From Blepharisma stoltei ATCC 30299 (taxonomy: Eukaryota; Protista; Ciliophora), in NCBI GenBank assembly GCA_965603825.1, contig CBFDEM010000052.1, positions 248,001 through 312,000 of the forward strand: a stretch of 64,000 nt of DNA, written 5' to 3'. Made by a program: the position numbers and the translations under genes. Below, one piece after another: positions 22,691 to 34,939 of the stretch. Every line of letters begins with the position of its first letter. Positions within the stretch are counted from its first letter, which is position 1. A model generated the notes under the pieces. It was not told the DNA's origin. It saw nothing but the letters and a program-made list of their open reading frames with translations, and made no database searches.

Positions 22691-24029
22691 ATGGACACAA
22701 GAATGAACTCGCAAAGTGCGATTTTATCAATGAAAAAACAGATAAAATTTCTTAAAACAAAACTTTCCACAAGTGCTTTTCTTAAAGGCAAAATTTTGGA
22801 CACCCCTGAAGTATCAATTGCAGAATTAGATAAAACCTTGCAAGCGTCTTATAGTAGATTGGAAGAATTAAACAGAGAACTTATATTAGAAAAAGATAGC
22901 CACCGCAAGCTGAAAGCAGAATATGATTACATTGTAAGAAGAAAAACTGAAGGGTAAGAAAATAATTAGAAACGCTGAATTTCCAGAAATCCAATCAAAA
23001 CTGCATCAACTTTTTAAAGAAAATTTCCAATTAAAAGACCAAACTGTTGAGATAGAAAACGCGAAAGAATACGCATATCTTGAGCAGGTTAAAAAGAAAG
23101 CCCCAAATGTTTATTTCCTGATGACGAAAATTAAAATGATTGAAGAGCATAATAAGCTTTTAATTAATGCAATCAGTCAGCTGGATAATACAAGGTGCGA
23201 TTTAAGAAATGAGTACTCAAATATTACTCAAGGACTAACCTTAGAAGAAAAAGCAAAACAAAAAATCAAAGCTCTTGAAAACGCTTTAAAGCAGGTTGAT
23301 GTAAGTATAAGGAGACTTCGAGAAACTCTTGCAAGAGGAAAACAGAGGGTTTATGAGCTTGATAGTGATAGAAATCATAGAGAACTTGTAGAACTGCAAG
23401 GAATTTATAGTGAGCTGAGCTCCCAACTAGAAGCATCTAGCAATGAGATAATGAAGCTTTATAATAAAATCAAAGAAACAGATGAAGAAATCAAAGCAGA
23501 AAACGAGAAAAGCAAAAGTTTGGAGCCAGGAGAATTGAATAAAGCGTTAAGAACAAAACTGAAAGAGTTGGAAGATCAAATTGCTGAAACTGACAGGCAG
23601 CTTATAGAAAAGGATAAAGCAAAGCAAAGATTTCAAACCAACATAAACAACTTAAAGCACTTATTGAGCCCGCCAAAAAAGACAGACAGATATGTATCTT
23701 TAGCCTTGCTATCTCCAAAATCCACAGAATCATCAGTCGGATGCAGAACTCCTGCACCTATTCAAGAAAAACCAAAAAAAACAGCAAGAACAATATCTGC
23801 AATGACTTCTCCTCAGCATTCTACAAGATCCCAAAAAAATGAGCGTGATAGGCTAATCGCTATGCTATCTAAAGGAATTCCTCGTAATAATTCAAAAGAG
23901 ATAAAATCTGCTCTTCATGAAATAGGAATCCCTGGAGAAAGCTTAGCAAGAAAAGTTATAGAACTAAACAGAGGAGAATTTCTAGCAAAATACTATGCTG
24001 ATAAGAACAAACCGAATAAAATAGATTAA
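22691..24029 (+). CDS. Coiled-coil protein, 440 aa; 16-nt intron at 22954-22969
   Basis: Removing GTAAGAAAATAATTAG restores the frame between ORFs 22691 and 23121. Confidence 0.8.
22954..22969 (+). other. 16-nt intron GTAAGAAAATAATTAG
   Basis: Restores the reading frame. Confidence 0.85.
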
Positions 24030-24107
24030 TAAATAAGTTTTTCAAGGCTTTTTCTTATCAATATTAGATGAATATTTTTGCGCATTTTTCTTGAATTTAA
24101 AAATAAA

Positions 24108-24470
24108 ATGGGATGCCAATGTTCGACATATGATAAGCACATTGAAGCTAGAACAGATTTCATTGAGCCTTTTGCTGAAGTTGTTAAAAATCAAGCCAAA
24201 GAGTATCCAATTTTGGTTTATTCGAGGTCTTTGTGTGAGCATTCTATGCTGACGAAATATTTGTTGAGAAAGAACTCTGTTGATTTTGAGTATTTTGAAT
24301 TAGATCATATGAATGATAATAGCCAAATATATGGCGCTCTGCAAAATCTCACTTCAAGACAATCTACTCCATATATTTTTGTGGGTGGAACCTATTTTGG
24401 AGGCTTAAGAGAGCTTCAAGAAACTATTGATAACGGCCAAATCAAAGATCTTTATAGATGTGCATATTAA
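24108..24470 (+). CDS. Glutaredoxin-like protein with monothiol CEHS site and N-terminal MGCQCS acylation motif
   Basis: ILVYSRSLCEHS...TPYIFVGGTYFGG Grx motifs; first ATG at 24108. Confidence 0.85.
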   Translation: MGCQCSTYDKHIEARTDFIEPFAEVVKNQAKEYPILVYSRSLCEHSMLTKYLLRKNSVDFEYFELDHMNDNSQIYGALQNLTSRQSTPYIFVGGTYFGGLRELQETIDNGQIKDLYRCAY

Positions 24471-24970
24471 TAAATAATAAATTTTAGTGAAAATGTGGTC
24501 ATTAAGGTTTCACAAAAATAAAATTTATAGGATTATAGCAGGCTTTTAGGTTCTAGCTGATTTTATATGAGCCCACTATTTCGACATCCAATTGAATTTC
24601 AATATTTAAAATAAAAGCAAAAAGAATTTAAATTATTTTAATTGAATCATAGATCTTGACTTATAATGGAAAGTATTTTCTCTCTGAATATTATATAATA
24701 TAAAGCAATAGTCATATAACCTTCTGATTAATTATTTAAAGATCTCAAAATTAACTTATAGTTAATCCACAGACATTATTGAAAGTAAGCAGTCTTTATC
24801 TCAAATTAAAATAATTGGTTGTGATATATATTTTAGCTTATTATAATGTATAAGTGGATTTATGCTTAGATAAGATGATATTTTTATTAGGAGAAATACA
24901 AACATCCAAGTTAAGCAGCAATCTCCAGCCTCCCATAATAAATTGTAGAATACTAAAATTTAAATATAAA

Positions 24971-26578
24971 ATGAAGTGCCAAAAATGCATAATGCCCGCG
25001 GAATTTGAATGCTGCAAAGAAAATCTTTGTGAACTTCATATTCCAGCCCATCTTAGATGCTCTGAACGTCTCCATCTTCCAAAAGTAGTAACATATAGGG
25101 AAGCAGTTCAAATAGGCAGCGACACATCTGGTGCCGCCAATGATCAATTTTTTAATGAGCCTTTACCAAAATCAGTTAATCCAGCAGGCAATTCTGCTTT
25201 CCTTAATGATTTTCAGAAAGACTTTACGTGAAATAAAGATCCAACTGCAACACATTCTTTAGATACAAGATCAGTCCCTGTTAGAAAAGTTTTGCATGCA
25301 GCTGAACCTCAATTAAATGCTAGCAATTCTAGCCAGCCTCCAAAACCTTTTCCAGTATGAAATCCTGCTAGCTCATCACAATGTTTTCAGACCCAGCCTA
25401 ATATTCAGCTAGAGTCCAATTCCACTTTTACTCCCTCATCATCGCTTCCTTATTCTTCGAACATCACCAATTTCGTTGGCTCTCAGTCAAACCTTGGTAA
25501 TGATTCAAATCCAATTGCAAATGCACAGCCAGAGCTAAGCGAAACATATCAAGTAGTACAATTTCCTAGAAATCAGCTACCAATAGATATTCCAAAAAGA
25601 GTGGAGGCCAGCATACCATTAAATAGCCAATCTCAAAGTTATTCCTATAATTCTGAGCCTATACCAAATCCTCCTTACGAGCAAAATATTGTCAACAATC
25701 CACTTTCTGTAATACAATTGCATCCTATAAGCCAAGCATCTTTCATTGAGAATCAGCAACCATTTGCTTCTTCAGCTCCTCTGATATCCCAATATTATAA
25801 AATTCATTGTGAGCCAAAGATTCATAACAGTCTGTCTCATAAAGGTCATATAGAAAACTTAAGCAAAAAATATGAAAACATCCATATTGAATTTCGCAAA
25901 AACAGATACCATTTTTCAGCCTCACAAAATGAAGGTGAAAAGCTTAAAGAAGAGCTTGAAGAAATGATCAAAAATGAAAGAAATCAAAAAATTTATTGAT
26001 GCTTCATAAATGACAGTGGAGAAGAAGAAAAATATGAGCCTGAAACCTCAAACCGAATCGAAAACAGCTACCAAAAATTTATAACATTAAAAAAGCCAGA
26101 ATTTCAAAGTGTTGATATTACTGCAAATGGGACTATTTATACAATTCACTTTGGAAAAGACCATAGGCAAGTCTTAAAAAATTCAACGCTGCAATCCCGA
26201 TCAGTAAGAAGAAGAACTGAAGGAGAAGATTTTGATGCAGACAAAGCAGTTGGGATAAAAGAAATCAATTGATATTGGCAGCATGAATGTGGGAAATATA
26301 AGCCTTATACAGCTGAAGCTTCAAGGCTTATTGAAAATGCATATTCTGCTTATAAGTCCCTGAAGAAAAATAAAGAAAATAAAAATCCTTCTGAAAGTAA
26401 ACTTATTATCCAAGGAAAGAATTCAAATGCCTACCAAATTGATCTTGAAGAAAAAACCCAATTTAATGAAGAAACAAAGTTTTCTAGAAACATAAGAAGA
26501 GAAAACGAGATAGCTCATTACGATTTCCATGTGAATAAATGCAAATACAAGGAGGGAAGCCCAATTAAACTTCAATAA
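24971..26578 (+). CDS. Protein with N-terminal Cys/His finger, low-complexity linker and tandem WWE domains, 535 aa
   Basis: One frame through four TGA; IY[W]CFINDSG..EKYEPETSNRIENSY and IN[W]YWQHECGKYKPYTAEASRLIENAY...YQIDL..TQFN..TKFSRNIRR. Confidence 0.85.
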
Positions 26579-26636
26579 GCTTTTTTAAAATTATTAGTTG
26601 GCAATATTAAATTTTATTTAAGATTCCAGTTATAAA

Positions 26637-29600
26637 ATGGCAAGACCAGAGCATGTACATTTAGAGTTTTTGCACTCTTTTGGATCAGTTGCATATACCG
26701 ATATTAAAAATTCAGTCTGCCTTAGTGATGATGATACAAATTCGATTATTTATCCAGCAGGAAGACATATTGCTGTAAGAAGCCTAGAAACAGATGATAT
26801 CAACTACATAAGGGTAATTTTTATTTAGGAACCTGACAGAGTTACTAAAATCACCGCAATGGCTATAACTAAAGAAAAGTCCAGGCGATTTCTAGCAGTA
26901 GCAGAATATGTCCAGATGGAAAACACCCCACTTGTCTCGATTTTTGACCTGAAAAGTGGCGCATACTTCAAAAGGATGAGGCAGTTAGGGTTTCCAGACA
27001 TGTCTGCAGAAGAGTTCAAATGTCTTGGCTTTTCATCTGACTCAAGACTTATTGTCGCTACTAGTGGGCCGCCTGACTATATTGGAATTGTGTGGGACTG
27101 ATATCGAGATAAACTTATAGGAAAATATGCATTTGCTTCAAAAATTGCAAGGATAACTATAAACCCAAAAGATCCTTATTTGCTCTGCACAACTGGGCCA
27201 AATCATTGAAAAACGTGGAAAATTGAAGAAAAATCGTTCAAGCCTCAGCCTCCGTTTTCTGGGATGGACAGGACCCAGAATTATATTGATCATGACTGGG
27301 TCGATGATGATACAGTTGTCGCTGTTTCTGACAATGGAGAAGCTTTTGTTGCAAGGGGGACTGAATTAATCCAAATCATTGAGTTTCCATTTGGAAAAGC
27401 TAGCGATGCTATGCAGCCATCAGCATCAGCCACCATCTCTTCCTTATACTGCTATGCAAAAGGGTTCTTTTTTGGAAGCAGCGAAGGGACCATTTCTTTT
27501 TGGAATCGTGTAGTCATGCATGATTCTCCACAAGGAGAAGTTTTTGTATTTGATTTTGTAAGGTCATGAAGCACTGGGAGAAGTTCTCATATAAACTCTT
27601 TATCATTATCAAACAATGAAGAAACCCTAGGAATTTCTCATAGTAATAATGATATTGGAACTTGCAATGTTTCAAAAATATTCCAAGAGGACACTGAAGT
27701 AAAAGTGGAAATATTTTGCCAAGGGTTTCATAGAGGACCTATAACTGCAATGGATGTAGCAGTACAGAGACCATTGCTGGTAACTTGTTCTCAAACTGAT
27801 GCTTCAGTTAGGATATGAAACTATGTCACTTTTAAGTGTGAAGTAGCTAAAAGGCTTAGACATGATAAAGATGCAGCTGGCTCTGAAGCTATAAATAGAC
27901 CACTGCTATCTGTTGCTTTTCATCCATCAGGCTATTATATAGCTGTGGGATTTGAAGACAAAGTCAGAATTTTTCACTTGCTATTTGATGATTTAAGGTT
28001 TTTCAGAGAAATCAATATAAAAAACGCAACATGTTTGCGATTCAGCACAAGTGGGCACCTGCTAGCAGCTGTTTCTTCTAAGATGGTATATATATACACT
28101 TCTTTTACTTTGGAGCAAGTTGATATGCTAAAAGCTCATACCTCTGCAATTCAAGACTTAGCATGGTCTAAAAATGACCAAAAAATCGCAACTGTAGGAA
28201 TAGATGGCGGAGTTTATGTTTTCGATATGTATACAGGACAAAAAGACCCAGAGCATGTATCAAGAAATACTGAGTATTCATCTGTAGCTTTTATCGAAAA
28301 TGATATGGTTGTTACTTGTGGGCTTGAATCCCAACACTCAATTATATTGGAGCAGAACTTTGGAGATTGGAAAACCCACTCGTTCGGGCTGCGCCCCAAG
28401 CTTTCACAAATTCATTATTTTAGATCATATCATGGGACGCCATGTTTTATATCAGGTTGCTATGCTGGAAATGTACAAATTTATGGCCCTGGTCCTTCAA
28501 ATGCGTTTTTGGAAGAATTAGTTGTGCACAATGGGAGTGTTTTGAAGCTATGCAGCTCTCATGATGGCAGATACGTATTTTCAGGAGGAGAAGACGGGGT
28601 TATTTTCATATATCACGTAATAGAGCCCAGAGACCTACAGCCACAAATGGAAAGAATCCAAGTTGATAATAAAGAAAAAGATGATTTTCTAGTCAGAACC
28701 GTTGATGAAAAACTAGCTGATATCGTTTTAATCCCAAAATCGCAGCTTGAATGGTTCAAAGGACAACTGGAAACTATCCGAGCTGAGATGGAGAACATAA
28801 GACAGAAAAGAGACTATAATATCCAACAGCAAGATTTGACTTTTGAAGAACAAAGAAAAGAGCTTGAAAAAGCGCTGCATCAGGAATATAAAGTGCTAGA
28901 ATCAAAATATGAACAGATAAGAGATGAAAAGATGAAAAAGGAAAGAGAGTGGGTGGAAAGATTAGGAAACCTCGAAAGGGCTCACAATAATGCAATTGAT
29001 ACTGTAGAAACTCTTTATGAAAAAAAGCTAACTTTAGAAGACGAAAAATATAGAAAAATGGAAAAAGACAAAACTGAGCTGAAATCTTATTATGAGGAAC
29101 AGATTTCTGTTTTACAAAAGCAAAATGATGAAGCAATAGAACATCTTGCTTCAGCTTTTAAAGACTCTTTGAAAAAAACACAGGATGATTATGAAGAAAC
29201 AAGGAAAACTGCTGAAGATCTTAAATTGATTTATGAAGAAAGACTATCTCAGCAAGAAGACGAGCATGAAGCTGAAATCCAGGAAATGAGAAAAAATTAT
29301 GAGGCTATGGTTGAAAAGCAAAGCATTGAAAATACAAGGGTTAGACGTGAAAATGAAACCTTGACAAGTGAGCAACAAATGTTTTCAGAAGAAAAAGAAG
29401 CAATCAGGATCAAAAACGAAAAGAAAAAAAGCACGATTTCAGCCTTAGATAAATCAATAGCTGAGCTCAAAGCACATAAAGACCAACTTGAGGCTGAGAA
29501 AAAAGAAAAAGAAGATTTATTGGTGCAAAAAGAAAATAAAATCCAGGACTATAAAAATCAAGTAAAAGACCTGGATAAGAAAAAGCACGTTCTAGACGCC

Positions 29601-30518
29601 AGAAAAAAAGAAATTCTTGATGAAATCCAGCCAAAAGATAAGGAAATTGGAGATCTGAAAGAAGAACTAAAGAAGCTGCACAATGATTGTGACAGAGAAA
29701 GAAAAATAAATACAGACTTAAAAAAGAAAATAGGGGAAAAAGAAGAGCAAGTTGATAATTTAAGAGCAGAAGGCTCTGTGCTGCAAGGGCAAACTAATGA
29801 TAGAGCCCATGGCTTAAGAGCGATTACAAATGATATTTACGATATTGTAAATAACGTTGAGCAAAAAGCCTGGATTGATGAAATGAAAAAACTATATATT
29901 AAATATGTCAAAAATGAACTTGGGAAAGTTAGCAAAAAAGACCCAGAGTGCGTAGAAGAAATGGAAGAGCAGCTAAGATTTATGTCGAAGTCAATAAATA
30001 TCATGAAACAGTCACTCTCTCAGTCTCATGGAAGGTCGAAAGCTGACATGAGGAAGCGGACAATTGAAAATTCCACACTAATTCAAGAGCTTCATGACCT
30101 AAGGAAAACTAAAAAATCAAATGAACTCATGATAAAGCAGCTAGAATATAGACATAAAGCTATCCAGCAAGCCATAACTGCAAGTGAAAGAAAAGAAGGG
30201 AAAATGCAAGGGAAGCAGCCAAGTACTGCTCAGCTTCCATCAATAGCACCTCTTCCAATCCCTCAGCCAAGAGCCAAATCTGCTAAGTCGCGATCGCTAA
30301 CACAAACAGGAAAATTATACAAAGGCTCTCCATTTGAATCCAAACTTATCAACTTACAAGACAAGCAAAGAATCAGCGAGCTCGCCAAAGATCTTGAAGA
30401 GAAAAAAGAAGAAAACTTTTATTTGAAAGTTGAAATTAACCGATTAAGAGATATGCTCTCACAAGAAGGAAGCCCAAATGTTGAAGAGGCCAATTTAAGA
30501 GAATCTCTTGATGCTTAA
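26637..30518 (+). CDS. CFAP57: Cilia- and flagella-associated protein 57 (WD40 plus coiled coil), about 1288 aa; 15-nt intron at 26814-26828
   Basis: FHRGPITAMDVAVQRPLLVTCS..DASVRI[W]NY and SVAFHPSG..VGFEDKVR; four TGA=Trp; intron GTAATTTTTATTTAG. Confidence 0.9.
26814..26828 (+). other. 15-nt intron GTAATTTTTATTTAG
   Basis: Removes an in-frame TAG in CFAP57. Confidence 0.9.
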
Positions 30519-30574
30519 TTTATAAAATAATGTTAATGATTCTTATAAATTTCTAAAAAAATCATTAATTAGAA

Positions 30575-31273
30575 ATGAATTTTATTTTTGTATTCATTTT
30601 CACTCTTGCATTTGCCCAAGATAAGAAAAAACAGACAGGAGAAGATACAGTTGATGTTAATGCAGAAGATGAGAGAGCAATATTGATGAAAGAGTGGGAT
30701 GAACACATGGTAGGCTTTGTTCCTTCAGATATGGTGACTTTTGAGCTGCCTGCAAGAGGGGAAGAAATTTTCTTTGAAAATATTGATATCATCCCTTCAA
30801 AAATCCGTGGAGCATGGTTCATCACTAGCAAAGAATCTAAGGATGTTGAATTCTCTATTTTGGACCCAAACATGAAAATTGTGTTTGAAAAAAAGAAAAA
30901 GCCAGAAGCAATTTTCTACTTCAATGCAGAACAAGTAGGGATGTACACATTTAAATTCAAAAATACAAAAGTAATACAAAAGCACACAGTGACTTTTGCG
31001 TTAAATTGTGGCAATTCAACTGATGAAGTTCTTCAATCTGAACATCTGACTCCACTTGAATCTCAACTTGTGGAGATACAAAAATCAATAAAAGATTTTC
31101 AAGTCGATAACCAATTTGCTCAGCTCAGACAAGAGTCACACTACAGGACAGTGGCAGATTCCAACAGAAATGTTTTTATTTTCAGCTCTTTAGAAAGCCT
31201 TGGAGTGATTGCAGTCAGTGCTTGGCAGGCTTACTATATCAAAAGGCTTCTAGATAATAGACGCGTTCTTTAA
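30575..31273 (+). CDS. p24/emp24/TMED GOLD-domain cargo receptor
   Basis: Signal peptide, GOLD domain (GMYTFKFKN), coiled coil, TM ending WQAYYIKRLLDNRRVL. Confidence 0.9.
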   Translation: MNFIFVFIFTLAFAQDKKKQTGEDTVDVNAEDERAILMKEWDEHMVGFVPSDMVTFELPARGEEIFFENIDIIPSKIRGAWFITSKESKDVEFSILDPNMKIVFEKKKKPEAIFYFNAEQVGMYTFKFKNTKVIQKHTVTFALNCGNSTDEVLQSEHLTPLESQLVEIQKSIKDFQVDNQFAQLRQESHYRTVADSNRNVFIFSSLESLGVIAVSAWQAYYIKRLLDNRRVL

Positions 31274-31297
31274 GGCTAAAAATTAAATTAAGTTACA

Positions 31298-33034
31298 CTA
31301 GTTGTGGCCTCCAGTGCTGCTCACAATTCGAGTTTCTTTAGGCTCTGATTTTAGAAGTCTTATCAGTGGCATATAGTCGTTTTTGCTTTCTTTTCGAGGA
31401 GGCTCTTGAAGTTCTTCCTTTATATTGCTCTGTAGAATGTTGGAATCAGCTATTTCTTCTTCTGAATCAGATTTGACTCCATATAGCTCATTAGAAGAAA
31501 TCACAAAATTTTCCTTGAAGAAATCAGCATCAAAAGACCCTTCAGAACTTGATGATCTTTCAGCTGGCTGTGTAATAGATATAAAATCATTAGAAGAAGT
31601 ATCAGCTGCTGCAGTTTCTTGGGGCTTGGATTTTTTTTGTTCAATAGAAAGCTCACTCTTTGTGTGATCGCTGCCTTTCACTAACTCAATTTTTTTGGCT
31701 TGGGGAATTCTTTCTGTGTAAGCTTCTTGCTTTTGTTTGGGGCTTTTTGTGGCAGTTTGTACATCTGCTTTTGCAGTGTTAGGACGGATTGGGGTTCTTG
31801 TTCTGATTGGGGTAATTTCATTGACCTTTTCTTGGGGATTCCGTGTTCTTTTAGCTGAAAGAGGTCTTGTATAGATTTTCTTAACACTAGGGTCTCTGAG
31901 TGGTGATTTTCCTCGGTTTGTGAAAGAAACTTCAAGCTTGTTATTCCTTTTAGTAACTTTGGCTTTTGATGGCTTTAGTGGATAATGCTTATTGTAGCTT
32001 TGCTTGATATGAGATAAAAGTGGAGATTCCTTAGGCAGCAAAGCCTTTGCGATGTCTAGAGCTCTGAAGTGCCAAACTTGGCTTTCTACAACTTTCAGCT
32101 CTGAGTGTTCAACAGAGCATATAAATCTTATTTCAGTAGCTATGCAAAAATATGTTACAACAATAAGACAGACATTTTCAAAAATAGAGTCTTTAGACAG
32201 CTCTCCAATTATCCCATTTGAAATCTTTATTTCTTGCAGTGTTATAGGCTCAATTGTCATTAGATCACCAATATTGTAAGAATGAATCCAATCGTTATAA
32301 TGCTGCACTCCAAGTACAGATCTCATATCGATTTTCAACGGTTTTCCAGGCTTTTTTTCTGTTTTTCCACTGGCTTTGTTAAAAACATACTCTATTGCAG
32401 GCATCGCTTTGCTAATGACATCAATTAACTGCTCATTTTTTTGATCAGAAATCCTATTAGAGGAAATGTCTGCAGCAGATTTTAATTTATTTGTTTTTTT
32501 CCCTTTGACGCCATAATCTGTACATACTTTATAAAGGTGCTGAAAAATTGAATATGCAAACTTTGCTGCTTGTTTAGCATGATGTAGAGCTAGGTCATGC
32601 TTATTCAGCTGTGACAGCGTTGCACATAGCTGGATATGAGTTTTGCACTGATATTTGTATTTAAACAGCTTATCAGCTAAATGCCAGCCAAAAACTCTGG
32701 TAGAAGGGTCTTGGGAAGCTAGAACACTTTTGTATTTGGCGTTAAATACGCATCCGTCTAGATAAGCTGAACATTCTTCAAGCAAATCAAGCCTTTGATA
32801 GCAGAGGGCTGTGCTATGCAAAGTGATAAGGACTGTATCTTGGTCTATGCATCCTCCCTGTGTTACGACTGCTTCTAATAATTCTTCACTTTTTGACAAA
32901 ACTTCTAGAGCTTCTTTATATCTTTCTGCTTTTATCATCTGCAAAGCTTCTGCGGTAAATTGAATCAGGAGTCTAGGAACCTCGCCTTAATAAGTATTAC
33001 TTTCAGAAACGATTCTTTCAGATTCTGAATCCAT
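31298..33034 (-). CDS. TPR-like helical protein with disordered C-terminus, 573 aa; 15-nt intron at 32986-33000
   Basis: ATG at 33034; intron GTAATACTTATTAAG removes an in-frame TAA; THIQLCATLSQLNKHDLALHHA is TPR-like. Confidence 0.78.
32986..33000 (-). other. 15-nt intron GTAATACTTATTAAG
   Basis: Removes an in-frame TAA. Confidence 0.82.
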
Positions 33035-33464
33035 ATTCGTGTATATTTTTAAATGATAAAAGTGGATAATAATAAAATTTTGAAAATCTATGAAAAAGGG
33101 TGGAAATGCAAAACGTAAAATCTTGATGAGACTTTAAGGATAGTAATTAAGAAATATTTGTAAAAATTATTAATAAGGAGCTAAGCAGAGAGATAAATAA
33201 TAAAATTGTTTTGAGATATTTAAGTAGTTATTTTCCTATATAATAATGAAATTAAATTCTGCATGCTTCATCGTATTTTTTCGCTTTTATCTATTTCAGT
33301 CTAATTGAACTAATTTTCTATTAGCCCAGCATAATCTAGTCTTATTGAAAATATATACGCATTTAGAATTTTGCCTAATAAATTTGAAACAGCTCTAAAA
33401 TGTTTAAATAATAACTTATCTTAAATAATAAGCTCTCATTTATTTTAAAATAATACTTTGTAGT

Positions 33465-34802
33465 CTATCCATTATTTCCATATTTCATCATTCTCTTTTT
33501 TCTCAAATTTAACCTCGAAGATGACGGATCATCAATTTCAAAATGCTTGAAAGCTAGCTTTTCAATACAATTTTCCTCTCCAGTCACAAGTCCACCTTCA
33601 TGCATCTTAATTGCATCAAGTACTAAATCAGTTAACCCCGTTATCTTTATAGCAAGTGGTATTGTGTCATTAAGGTTTATAGTAGCATCAACTACATCTT
33701 CATCAAAATCCCATCTAGCTATTGACGCAACCATCATGATTCTTCCATCTTCACAAATCTTTACTTGATCAGTTGAATTGTAGGGCATAATTGGCTCAAG
33801 GAAAAGCTTTTCCTCGAAATCTATTGGCTCACTTTGGTAAATCAGCTCAAATGAAGATGACTCCTCATTGGCTTTGACAACTGTCAGTGCAGGCCTATAT
33901 ACAGCACAGAATTGATTACCTTTTCGGTAATCTATGTGTGAATATCCAAATGAAACAAAATATTGTGTGGACCCAAACTTGACATAGGGAGAGCCGCCCC
34001 TTAAGCCTGCTGGAACACTATCAAATAATCCTGAAACTTTTTTACAGTAAGTGCTTTTGTCAGTGCAATCCAAAATTTGGAAGTTTTTATAGTTATACAC
34101 AAAATAAAGGTGCTCGTCATCAACTATCAAAGGAGTTCAATTCTTTTCTGTATAATGGGACCATAAGCTATGCTCAATAATCCTCAAAGGCCATGATTTT
34201 CCTGTTTCAAAGTTAAAAAGAAACATCTTCCTCCTTACATCAATATCAATCATATTAAAAATCACATAGATTCCGCCTGCAAATGTAAAAATGCGAGGAT
34301 CTTCTGGCCCTGCATTTTCTATATTATAGTCGTAAACTTCAATTGGGATTATTCCAGGCACCTGCGTGGCACCTATCATTTCTTCTGTTATTACTTCATT
34401 TCAGTGGGAATCAAATAGACTTGTAAATAAAAGACTTTTCATTGAGCCATTCTTTCGAATACTCATCCTAACTACTGTTAGGAACATATTTTTTTCTGGA
34501 AGCCAGACTGCTGAAGGGAACATCATCATAAACTCTCCAGATGACTGCAGATCACAAAATTGATCGTCAAGCAGATGTGGGCTTATCATACTGAATATGA
34601 ATTCTGTGTCTCTGAATAGTTTCGACATGGATGGGGTAGTTGAAAATGATAAGCACGGGAAGCAGGATTTCTCGATGATTGAGAGGCGAGTTTTTATGTT
34701 AAAGGTAGGGCATCCTTTGAACATTGTAGGCTTGTGGTCGCCAGAAGTGCATTTGATGCAGAGTAGTAGTGCGAACAATCCGATTGAAAACTTCCAACCC
34801 AT
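33465..34802 (-). CDS. Secreted or type II membrane glycosyltransferase, beta-1,2-mannosyltransferase (BMT/GT91)-like, GH130-related fold, 445 aa
   Basis: Three ORFs joined by two TGA; motifs GPEDPRIF, EKN[W]TP, LRGGS, CAVYRP; hydrophobic N-terminus. Confidence 0.72.
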
Positions 34803-34939
34803 ATATATTTATAATGAAACTACATGAGATAGACATATTTTTTATTTAGAACTATTCTTCGAAAATTGCAGCTTACTCTTAGCTTTATAGACAATAAATT
34901 TATTATAGCAATATAATCAAGAAAATCAATTTTTTATAT

